Shown here one piece after another: positions 15,942-23,647 of a stretch of DNA of 43,240 nucleotides. Within the stretch, counting starts at the first letter, position 1. Every line of letters starts with the position of its first letter. The notes beneath the pieces were generated by a model. It worked only from the letters and a program-made list of their open reading frames with translations. It had not been told where the DNA came from and made no database searches. The DNA comes from a virus. Both the position numbers and the translations under genes were made by a program. The stretch lies in IMG/VR virus record IMGVR_UViG_3300000060_000001. One strand, given 5' to 3'.

Positions 15942-18371
15942 TCAGCAGAAAAACTTGCTTGAACTATTCACAAGCTGCAAGTCCAGATTGCCCCGCTCAG
16001 GTGCTTCACGATTATATGCTAAAGCAAGCTGTTGGATAGGGTCGCATTGCTCGTACATCTCTACGAATTTTTGCCGAATAACCTTATGCATCAAGCCAGC
16101 ATGCGCCGCCGCACACCCGAAGGAGTCGTGGATGGACACCATGTATACCCCGTTATTCCACATCTCCCACAGGACTTTCATCATGTGGCTGGCATCCATA
16201 GAGTGAACAAAGTTCGGAGCAATCGCCGCTGCACACTTCCGTGCGTCCGGCTTATCCAGATACTCCCGCACCTTGATGCCGTGAATGCCCATCAGCTGCA
16301 GCTTCATGATGGTGTCTTTACTGGCCGCATACAGGTTAGGAACACGCAGCCCAGAAGGTGCCTCCCACTCCACGTACTCGCCCATAGACGCGGCCTCGTA
16401 CGCGATAGCCTGCAGCCACGCCATAAGCTCAGCAGCCTTAGGCACAACACGAGGTATAGCCGCCCACATGTACTCAGCGATGTACTGCGCGCACTCCAGC
16501 AGACTCTTGCCCTGTGGCAGCTTGATGTGGTTCTCCCGGAGGTACAGACAGTAGTAGTCGACCATGCCGTGCCGTGTCGCACCGTACACGTAGGTCATTA
16601 CAGGCTTCTTGGCCATAGCACGCTGCACACCGAGACTTACCAGCCAGCTACCCATCTGGGTAGGGTTGACTGCTTCATCGCGTTGTAGGGCTTCCAGCGC
16701 AGCCGTAGCCGTCTTGATGTAGATGTCAGCCTTGCGGCCCACATGGTCAATCAGGTTCACAGCTGCGCCGCCTACCTCATCGCGCAGCATTGCCGACAAG
16801 TGCTGCAGTCCCGAGCATGTGGCATCCCACTGTGTTACGACACGGCTTGGATATGCCTCAGGGTTGCCAGAATCCAACGCTCTGAGCAAGTCAGACGCAG
16901 CCGCCCATGCGCACAGAGGGCTGTCGGCTTCCGCCCAGAACGAGTCGTACGCCTCCGGCAGTCGGCAGGCTTCCCGCAGGCGCGGTAGCATCTTATCAAC
17001 GTACGCTGCCCGGTCACTGAAGTCTGTGGAGTCATAGCCGAAGCAGTTGGCTATATGTACCTTGAGCCAGAACATACCCTCTTTACCCAGCGGCACTGGC
17101 TCAGCCAGCTCCAGCAGCGCGCGTACAGCGTCGATGCCTTGAGGATTCAGGTTGGATGCATAGTAGCAGCGGCCCCGCGTATCCGCATACGTAGGCAGGT
17201 AGACGCGTTCGAACTCCGCATACTTGGCTGCCTCGTTGATAGCCGCGTTGAGCGCCACCATCTTGGAGGAGAACTTGCGCAGCTCCCCGTAGTACAGCCG
17301 GGTGCGCACCTTGTACTCCGTCAGCTCGGCGTCCATGCGCGCCTGCATCTCTTCAGGGAATTTGCTTACGTACTGCGCGATGGTAATGCCCGCAGGTATG
17401 GTGAACGGCAGTTTAGGCTTAACTGGTTCAGCGGGCAGATTCATCACGCCTGTGCGGTTGCGTAATAAAAACTCCAGCACCATCGGGTTAACCCTGAATG
17501 GGACGCTGGATAACATCATGAGCGGCTCTATAACTGGCAGCGGGTCGACACCCATCTTGCGGTAGTCGCGATGGCGCAGTCGGCTGATGGCTGTGTACAT
17601 TGCGGCCTGCCCCGGAGACTGCCACATACCGCTCAACCCGTCACGGGATATCTGCGTGGGTGGGACAATCATCGGAGGGTAGCACATCCCATCAGAGCGC
17701 GGGAGGTTAATCCAATCGTTCATGGCTACAAGCACATCGTCGTGCAGGTGGAAGTGCGCGGTGCCACGCATGCCCCGGTTGCCACCAACACGGGCTGTAG
17801 TGATTAGCCCGGTAGGCTCAACGCAGCGCATCATCAGCTTACCGATTGTGATGAGTGCCTGCTGTGGCAGCAGCTCCATACCCACCCCAACATTAGCAGC
17901 TGAGGCTCTGGCCTTGTGGTAGATGTGGTTGGCTGATTTGGACTTGGAGCGCCGGACGTCGCGGGCAACCTTCTCCATGTAGGCAGCCTGCTTTGCCCCG
18001 GCCTTGGCGGCCCGATTGTACGTAACCTCAGCCATCAAAGCCTTACCCATATCCTTGAGCAGTATGGTGGCTTGCTGCTCTGCGGCAGCTCCTGACACGG
18101 CCATGCCCAGCGCGAGGCTGGCGCATGTCCTTACGCCCAGCTCTCGCATGTATCCCCGGTACTGCGCGCCGAAGCCACGGGTGGTTTCATTCATGATTTT
18201 GTCCATAGCTGCTTCGACGGTAGGGTACGCCTCCGCCATCATGCGCTGCAGCATTGGTACAGAACCAGCGCGCCCACTGGCTAATGCCTCACGAATGTTG
18301 TCGAGCCAGCCCTGACGATGCAGGGCACGGGCTTCCTCTTCCATCTCAATTTGCTTTTGGACTAAATCCAT
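15942..18371 (-). CDS. T7-like single-subunit DNA-dependent RNA polymerase, 809 aa
   Basis: [26 protein letters not shown] matches T7 [37 protein letters not shown] is motif B. SIHDSFG is motif C. Confidence 0.95.
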   Translation of the reverse strand: [809 protein letters not shown]

Positions 18372-18374
18372 TAC

Positions 18375-18641
18375 TTACTCCCAATCATCTGGATTGTTAG
18401 GTACATCAATGAAAGTTGGTTCTGTGTAGCCGGGCTGCGCGAGCTTACGCTGTCCTAAGTCCACCAGTACCTGATGCTGTAAATCCTTATTAGCTGTACC
18501 AGTACCGCCGCAGGCTTCACATTCCATCAGGCTGATTGGGTCGCCCATGATGTTGCGGGCCACATAGGTGCCACTACCGTGACATGCGCCGCAGGGACAA
18601 CCAACTACCGACGTGTCTTCAATAACTCTTTGTAATTGCAT
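18375..18641 (-). CDS. DnaJ-type (CxxCxGxG) zinc-finger protein, 88 aa
   Basis: Two repeats, CGACHGSG and CEACGGTG. GGAG RBS. Confidence 0.7.
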   Translation of the reverse strand: MQLQRVIEDTSVVGCPCGACHGSGTYVARNIMGDPISLMECEACGGTGTANKDLQHQVLVDLGQRKLAQPGYTEPTFIDVPNNPDDWE

Positions 18642-18642
18642 A

Positions 18643-18828
18643 TCAGCTCCAGAAGTAAAGCCACGTAAAGGTTGGGAATACTGCCAGCAGTGCCCATACT
18701 ATGAAGCCTGCAAAGCCAGCCTTCTGACCAAGGTGCCTGACGCGATACAGCAGGCATGCTTGGCTCACACAGTGGGACATCCAGCAAAAGTATAACAGTG
18801 CTACGGCGTACACCAGTATGTCAAGCAT
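18643..18828 (-). CDS. Small membrane protein with two predicted TM helices, 61 aa
   Basis: Hydrophobic stretches ILVYAVALLYFCWMSHCV and FAGFIVWALLAVFPTFTWLYFW. Tightly packed between neighbouring genes. Confidence 0.55.
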   Translation of the reverse strand: MLDILVYAVALLYFCWMSHCVSQACLLYRVRHLGQKAGFAGFIVWALLAVFPTFTWLYFWS

Positions 18829-19309
18829 TTTGTTTCCTCAACTCAAGCTCAAGAATGAACAGCGCATTGCATGCAGCATGTGCTAGGTGGTGCAGGTTGG
18901 ATTCAGGGTCGAGTTCCTCACCCTTACCAACAGCAAGCAGGTGACGCAGCAGTGCTGACTTGTAACGCTCCTCACCCTCAGGCACAGTCTGCCAAGAGTG
19001 GGCTGCATACTTCTGCGCGCCGAAGGTAAGCACTTGACCTACAGCTTCCAGTGCATTTGGGCAACCGTCGAACAGCAGGGCCATTCGTGCTTTTCCGCCG
19101 TCATACTTCATACCACCAACACCAGCGGGCAGTGGTATGCTTGGTTCCTCTACAAAACGGTCTAGATAGAACACTTCGCCGGGTACATCGGGAACTACCC
19201 AGCGGCTACAATCATCACTTAGGTAACCCTGATACAGCTCACCAGTTTTTAATACGCCCTCGCGCCCCGTAGACTTGACGCAGCGCAGAGTAACACGTTT
19301 ATTTGTCAT
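18821..19309 (-). CDS. dATP/dGTP-pyrophosphohydrolase-like (DUF5664-type) protein with an N-terminal extra domain, 162 aa
   Basis: GGAGAA-N5-ATG at 19309. MKYDGGKARMALL...VLTFGAQKYAAHSW...RYKSALLRHL...DPESNLHHLAHAACNALF matches my recollection of the family pattern. Confidence 0.55.
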   Translation of the reverse strand: MTNKRVTLRCVKSTGREGVLKTGELYQGYLSDDCSRWVVPDVPGEVFYLDRFVEEPSIPLPAGVGGMKYDGGKARMALLFDGCPNALEAVGQVLTFGAQKYAAHSWQTVPEGEERYKSALLRHLLAVGKGEELDPESNLHHLAHAACNALFILELELRKQNA

Positions 19310-19808
19310 GGTATTCTCCGTCTTTATATTTAGCATTAGCGTGCACATACTCGTGGTTGTCTTCGTACTTGGTCACCTCGTACACGGTGATACCCAAGCT
19401 ACGCATGAACTCCACGATGTGCGGCAGGTCGTCAAAGGCGCACACAATATTCTCTATGCCGATGTCTTCCAGCGCAGCGCGCTTAACCTCAGTGTCCTGT
19501 CGGCAGTCACCAATCTCGCGCATAATGAGCTTGTCGTACAGCACGCCGTTCTCTTCCAGCCACTGCTCAGTTACTTCACGAGCAATAGCGCCACGCCCGG
19601 TCAGGATGACAATGCGATACGTTAGGGCCAGTGCGTTCACAATGTCAATGGTATCCTGAATGGGCGGGTCATTCAGTCCAGCCAAGTTGAACTCAGCCCA
19701 CGCCTCATCCAGATGTCGTCGCTCGGGCGGCGGCAACAAGTGCAAGCGCCAGCGGCCATCTGCAATCGTACCGTCTAAGTCAACTACCACGGTGTCTTTC
19801 AAGTGCAT
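19299..19808 (-). CDS. HAD-superfamily phosphatase (polynucleotide 3'-phosphatase / nucleotidase-like), 169 aa
   Basis: Motif I VVDLDGT, motif II ILTGR, motif III AFDD. GAGGAAG RBS. Confidence 0.75.
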   Translation of the reverse strand: MHLKDTVVVDLDGTIADGRWRLHLLPPPERRHLDEAWAEFNLAGLNDPPIQDTIDIVNALALTYRIVILTGRGAIAREVTEQWLEENGVLYDKLIMREIGDCRQDTEVKRAALEDIGIENIVCAFDDLPHIVEFMRSLGITVYEVTKYEDNHEYVHANAKYKDGEYHDK

Positions 19809-19998
19809 TGCGTGCTTCCTCTAGTGCAAAGATCATATCGTTAACGTATGCCTTTGGCAGCCATACTTCATCACCATCCTGCCATATGCATACATAGCCA
19901 TCTTCGTATAGTGTGACCTGCGTCTGGGCCTCCCAATCTACAGAGAGGCCATCAGATTTAAGTTGCACTACACTTTCTTTATACAGTGTTCTACTCAT
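19780..19998 (-). CDS. Hypothetical protein, 72 aa
   Basis: ATGA overlap with the upstream stop. ORF track. Confidence 0.55.
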   Translation of the reverse strand: MSRTLYKESVVQLKSDGLSVDWEAQTQVTLYEDGYVCIWQDGDEVWLPKAYVNDMIFALEEARNALERHRGS

Positions 19999-21119
19999 TC
20001 CAGCATCTCAGGACTTATGGTAAAGCGAGCCACCTCACCGTACTTAGCGTGATACGTAATCACACTGGCACTACGCTCACTCAACCAGCCGCCCCGCGCA
20101 GCATACGCGTCCTTCGCTGCCAGCGTCTGGTGTTGCTCTACAATCATGACCTGCGACTCCAGCACCTTCTTGTGGTGGAGGTGGCCAACGTGTGCGTAAG
20201 CATGTCGTGTGCGTCCATACACTTCACGGAACTTGGCAATCAGCACAGTCTCTAGCTGCTCCGCTTTGCGCTTGTGACCGTGGTGGAAGAACAGTACCGT
20301 TTCGCCAAACTCATAGCAGTAGTATGGGTCGGGGTTGCGGTCGACGGTTACCCGTGGTTCCTCTTCATACAGTGCGGACAGCAGCTCACGCAGCCAGATA
20401 GAGCTGGCCATGTCGTGGTTGCCCTCTGCGCAGATGACGTGGACCTGTGGGAACTTCTCAAGCAGCATTGTCACGATGCGGCGCAGTGCCCGTATGGCTA
20501 CACGTGTCAGCTTCTGGAACCGGGTGTCGGCATCCAGCACATGCCCGCTCGATGGGGTAACTGCATCCAGCCCATCCCAATGGAGGAAGTCACCGAGCTG
20601 CCCCAGCACCGCAACCTGCGCAGGTGGCGCAGAATCAATGGCAGCTTGGAACCACTTGACCAGCAAATCCTCTGCAATCTTCAAGTCCCAATCCGCCCCA
20701 GCCTCTTCACCCCACGCCAGCATACCCAGATGGTAGTCGGTCAGAACGAACAGGTTCATCAGGTCAGCATGGGTTGCTACACTGCGGAACGGCACTGGTG
20801 CACACGGCGTGATGTCCTCACACGCAGCTTCAATAGCTGCCTGAATAAGAGCCAGCTCAGTCTCCCGGTCGACGGAAGTCTTAACCCACTGCAGCACCTG
20901 CTGGCCGTCCTTGTCATATAGCGTAGATGTGCCCTTGACCATGTAGGGTTCCGGCACAGTCTTGGTCATGTCGTGCTCAGGTGACCAGCCGGACTTAGCC
21001 AGCTTGGCCCGGCGCTCACGTACTGTGCTCTCGCCTGTGCCGTGCTTGCGGGCAATCTCCACGTTGCTGAGACCAGCGCTAATGTCTTCCATCAGCTGCT
21101 GATTTGAAATTTTAGTCAT
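19995..21119 (-). CDS. Calcineurin-like metallophosphoesterase with an N-terminal HTH domain, 374 aa
   Basis: Motifs LTDYHLG, GDFLHWD, GNHD, HHGH and GHLHH. The N-terminus LSNVEIARKHGTGESTVRERR is HTH-like. Confidence 0.8.
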   Translation of the reverse strand: MTKISNQQLMEDISAGLSNVEIARKHGTGESTVRERRAKLAKSGWSPEHDMTKTVPEPYMVKGTSTLYDKDGQQVLQWVKTSVDRETELALIQAAIEAACEDITPCAPVPFRSVATHADLMNLFVLTDYHLGMLAWGEEAGADWDLKIAEDLLVKWFQAAIDSAPPAQVAVLGQLGDFLHWDGLDAVTPSSGHVLDADTRFQKLTRVAIRALRRIVTMLLEKFPQVHVICAEGNHDMASSIWLRELLSALYEEEPRVTVDRNPDPYYCYEFGETVLFFHHGHKRKAEQLETVLIAKFREVYGRTRHAYAHVGHLHHKKVLESQVMIVEQHQTLAAKDAYAARGGWLSERSASVITYHAKYGEVARFTISPEMLE

Positions 21120-21128
21120 GCTTTGTCC

Positions 21129-21293
21129 TTACAGTGCTGCTATCAAAGAGTTAGGATGTGCATCTACTAATGCCCGCCAAGTTGCACTGTAAACAAAGTA
21201 AGCATCTCTCCGGTGCTTGCGCTTATCTGCATTGGGGTACAATCTATTCATCAATTTGATATGGTTACTAATTCGCTTAAGCTTAGTCATCAT
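21129..21293 (-). CDS. Small basic hypothetical protein, 54 aa (not in the ORF track)
   Basis: ATGATG overlaps the endonuclease VII stop. It fills an otherwise 170-nt gap. Translated by hand as MMTKLKRISNHIKLMNRLYPNADKRKHRRDAYFVYSATWRALVDAHPNSLIAAL. Confidence 0.4.
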   Translation of the reverse strand: MMTKLKRISNHIKLMNRLYPNADKRKHRRDAYFVYSATWRALVDAHPNSLIAAL

Positions 21294-21619
21294 TTCCCCT
21301 TGGTCATTACAGCTCTGGCCCGTGCTGCTGCAGCCTTCTTGCGCTTGGCAGCCGCCGCCTCTTTCTTCTCAGCATCCGTCTTGTGGGTTGGGTACATCAG
21401 CCCGGTGTGCTGCTTGCGTCGCCACGCTATGGCATTGTCCAACCACTGGTCCAGCGTTATGGTACGCTTGGCGCGGTTGGCTGCGTTCTCCATCTTACCG
21501 AGCTGCGCATTACACCAGCGGCATAGTGGCCCCCGAATCTCACCAGTGTGGTGGTCGTGGTCACACACTATGTTCTTCAGCTCTGTCATCTGCTTAGTAC
21601 AAATCGGGCAGCTCGTCAT
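21290..21619 (-). CDS. Recombination endonuclease VII-type Holliday junction resolvase, 109 aa
   Basis: CPIC...VCDHDHHTGEIRGPLCRWCNAQLG matches the Endonuclease_7 pattern. The start at 21619 keeps the first Cys pair. The longer track start would overlap the exonuclease gene by 92 nt. Confidence 0.8.
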   Translation of the reverse strand: MTSCPICTKQMTELKNIVCDHDHHTGEIRGPLCRWCNAQLGKMENAANRAKRTITLDQWLDNAIAWRRKQHTGLMYPTHKTDAEKKEAAAAKRKKAAAARARAVMTKGK

Positions 21620-22601
21620 CAATGCTGCCTTCCGTATTTCCAGCAGCTTCTTCGCGCCAATCTTTGTCACTATACCATTCCTCACACATCATCTTGTGGA
21701 GCCACGCCCTTAGTTCCCTGCTCAGCGTTAGCGTGTTTAGGTGCGCCGCGAAAGTGTACTCCGGACTCCTCAGTAACCACAGTCCATACGCCTCCGGCCA
21801 AGGGTTCTGGCCTCGCCTCATATACTCGCGTAGTACCAGCTCCGCTACTGAGGACTCGTCCTCCGATTCTTGGTGGCCTTCTAATAATTCCCATGCTTTC
21901 TCCTTACCATACTTCTTGAGTCCGGCTATCGCGTCAGCAGTATCACCCATAAGCATCTGCGCCCAGAAGAAGATAGGACCATGCCCGATGAGTGAGCGAC
22001 TGCTCTTTGTCTCGTGCCACCACAGTGTGCCTATGCCCTTGCATGGCTCAAGCACCCGGTTGTCGTACGGGTCAAGGAATCGGCCCGGCCAGCAACGCAG
22101 GTCTTTGTCAGCGCTGTATATTACTGCGTCCTCTACGCCAATGGTCCAAGCATCCATGATGAGCGTGTCATCTGCTTCCCACTCGAAGTTCAGGTTGACG
22201 TACCAATCCTCGCCTGCTGGCACGTTGAACATGTTGCGGCCTATGGCTTTGCGCAGAGGCTCAACCAGCCCCGGCTTGCGGTCTTGGTCCCGGTTGCTCT
22301 GGTACAGCTTAACGCCGCGCAGCTTGTAGCGCCCAGCCTTCTTGCACTCTCGTGCCGTCAGCTCTACCCGCACGCTCTGTGCCTGCGCCAGAAACTTGGC
22401 TGTCAGCACACCTGAGCAGAAGCGCGTCTTCGCTGTCTCAAGGTTGCTGGTCGTCGCGGCTGCGACATACACGGTACTATCAGCATCGCAAAGAAGAATA
22501 CGACCGCCAACATAACCATCAAATTGCTCCGGCAGGTCCACGGCCTGAGTCTGCAACCGCCGCAATACATCGCTGCCAGCGTTTGTCGTTCTCATTTTCA
22601 A
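21594..22601 (-). CDS. 5'-3' exonuclease / flap endonuclease (T7 gp6-like), 335 aa
   Basis: Acidic PIN-like motifs ILLCDADS, DDTLIMDAW, IYSADKDL and GDTADAIAGL. Confidence 0.85.
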   Translation of the reverse strand: MKMRTTNAGSDVLRRLQTQAVDLPEQFDGYVGGRILLCDADSTVYVAAATTSNLETAKTRFCSGVLTAKFLAQAQSVRVELTARECKKAGRYKLRGVKLYQSNRDQDRKPGLVEPLRKAIGRNMFNVPAGEDWYVNLNFEWEADDTLIMDAWTIGVEDAVIYSADKDLRCWPGRFLDPYDNRVLEPCKGIGTLWWHETKSSRSLIGHGPIFFWAQMLMGDTADAIAGLKKYGKEKAWELLEGHQESEDESSVAELVLREYMRRGQNPWPEAYGLWLLRSPEYTFAAHLNTLTLSRELRAWLHKMMCEEWYSDKDWREEAAGNTEGSIDDELPDLY

Positions 22602-22719
22602 TCACCCGCTTGAGTTTATGGAACATCTCCACGCTCATAGCACACATCTCTGTGCCATAGCGCAAACGTACTTCCTGCAGATAGTCTGCATATTGTATGT
22701 CAAGTTCTTTATCGTCCAC
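22519..22719 (-). CDS. Possible small ORF (66 aa, GTG start) overlapping the exonuclease 5' end by 83 nt
   Basis: GAGG-N6-GTG. Fills the gap downstream of the 296-aa gene. The long overlap makes it doubtful. Confidence 0.3.
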   Translation of the reverse strand: MDDKELDIQYADYLQEVRLRYGTEMCAMSVEMFHKLKRVIENENDKRWQRCIAAVADSGRGPAGAI

Positions 22720-22756
22720 GTTGCACCTCGCAGGCACATCCTTGTGCCACCGTTAG

Positions 22757-23647
22757 TTACAGAGTAGGCAGGTCGAAGTTTTCACCAGCATCAGCAGGTG
22801 GAGTTTTCTTCTTCTTGTCCGCCTTGCCCTTCGTAGCCAGCTCTTCTGGCACAGGCTCTGGCTCACCCGCCTCTTCACCAGCTGGTGTATCAAGGTCAGG
22901 TAGCTCAGAGATAGCGCCGCCTTTGCCACCGCCGTGCAGCAGCACATCCAGTGGAGAGCCGGGGAACTGTGGAGAGGACAGCAGCGTATCCTGAATCCAG
23001 TTCTTGGACTTGCCGTTGTCATCCTTGCCATCGATGTAGAGCGCATCCCAATCCTCTTTGGTTGGGCGGGTCCACAAGAACAGCTTGAACAGCGACTCGT
23101 CTTCTACCTCAGGTACATCGAACGGCTCATCAGTCACCGGGTTGACAGCAAGGCTGATGTTCTCCATGTCGATGTTGGCGTACACTTTCTTCTGCTCGCC
23201 TTCCCCGGATTCGTTATGCACGATTGGGATGATGAACGTGGCGTTCAGCAGCTGAGCGAAATGCTTAGCTGTCTTATCCGGGTTCATGCGGCGGAACAGT
23301 TTGTAAGCGCCAGACTTGGCGTTCAGGTCTTTGGTCACGTTAATCATCTTGGTCTTGATGATGCCCGGTACCATCTTGCCGCCTTCGACTTCGTGATAGG
23401 TGCTGGTCTTATCCTTGCCCTTGCCCCACACTGCGAACTTCAGGAAGAACTTATTGACAGGCGGCTTGTCTGGATACGCCTTGCTCAGCTGTGGCCCCAC
23501 CTCAATGTACTGGATGAGGCGGCCCAGCGCCTTGCCTTCTGGCAGCAGCTTGCCGCCGGAGGACACGCCTTCGTTAAAGTCAATCTCTTCCTGCTCGACG
23601 AACTCTTCTACCAGCTGGTTCATGCGATTCAAAACTGAAGATGTCAT
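22757..23647 (-). CDS. Conserved replication-module protein, possibly an ssDNA-binding protein, 296 aa
   Basis: ATGA overlap with the DNAP stop. The C-terminal region is charged and disordered and ends in ENFDLPTL, as in SSB-type tails. The functional call is inference only. Confidence 0.5.
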   Translation of the reverse strand: MTSSVLNRMNQLVEEFVEQEEIDFNEGVSSGGKLLPEGKALGRLIQYIEVGPQLSKAYPDKPPVNKFFLKFAVWGKGKDKTSTYHEVEGGKMVPGIIKTKMINVTKDLNAKSGAYKLFRRMNPDKTAKHFAQLLNATFIIPIVHNESGEGEQKKVYANIDMENISLAVNPVTDEPFDVPEVEDESLFKLFLWTRPTKEDWDALYIDGKDDNGKSKNWIQDTLLSSPQFPGSPLDVLLHGGGKGGAISELPDLDTPAGEEAGEPEPVPEELATKGKADKKKKTPPADAGENFDLPTL

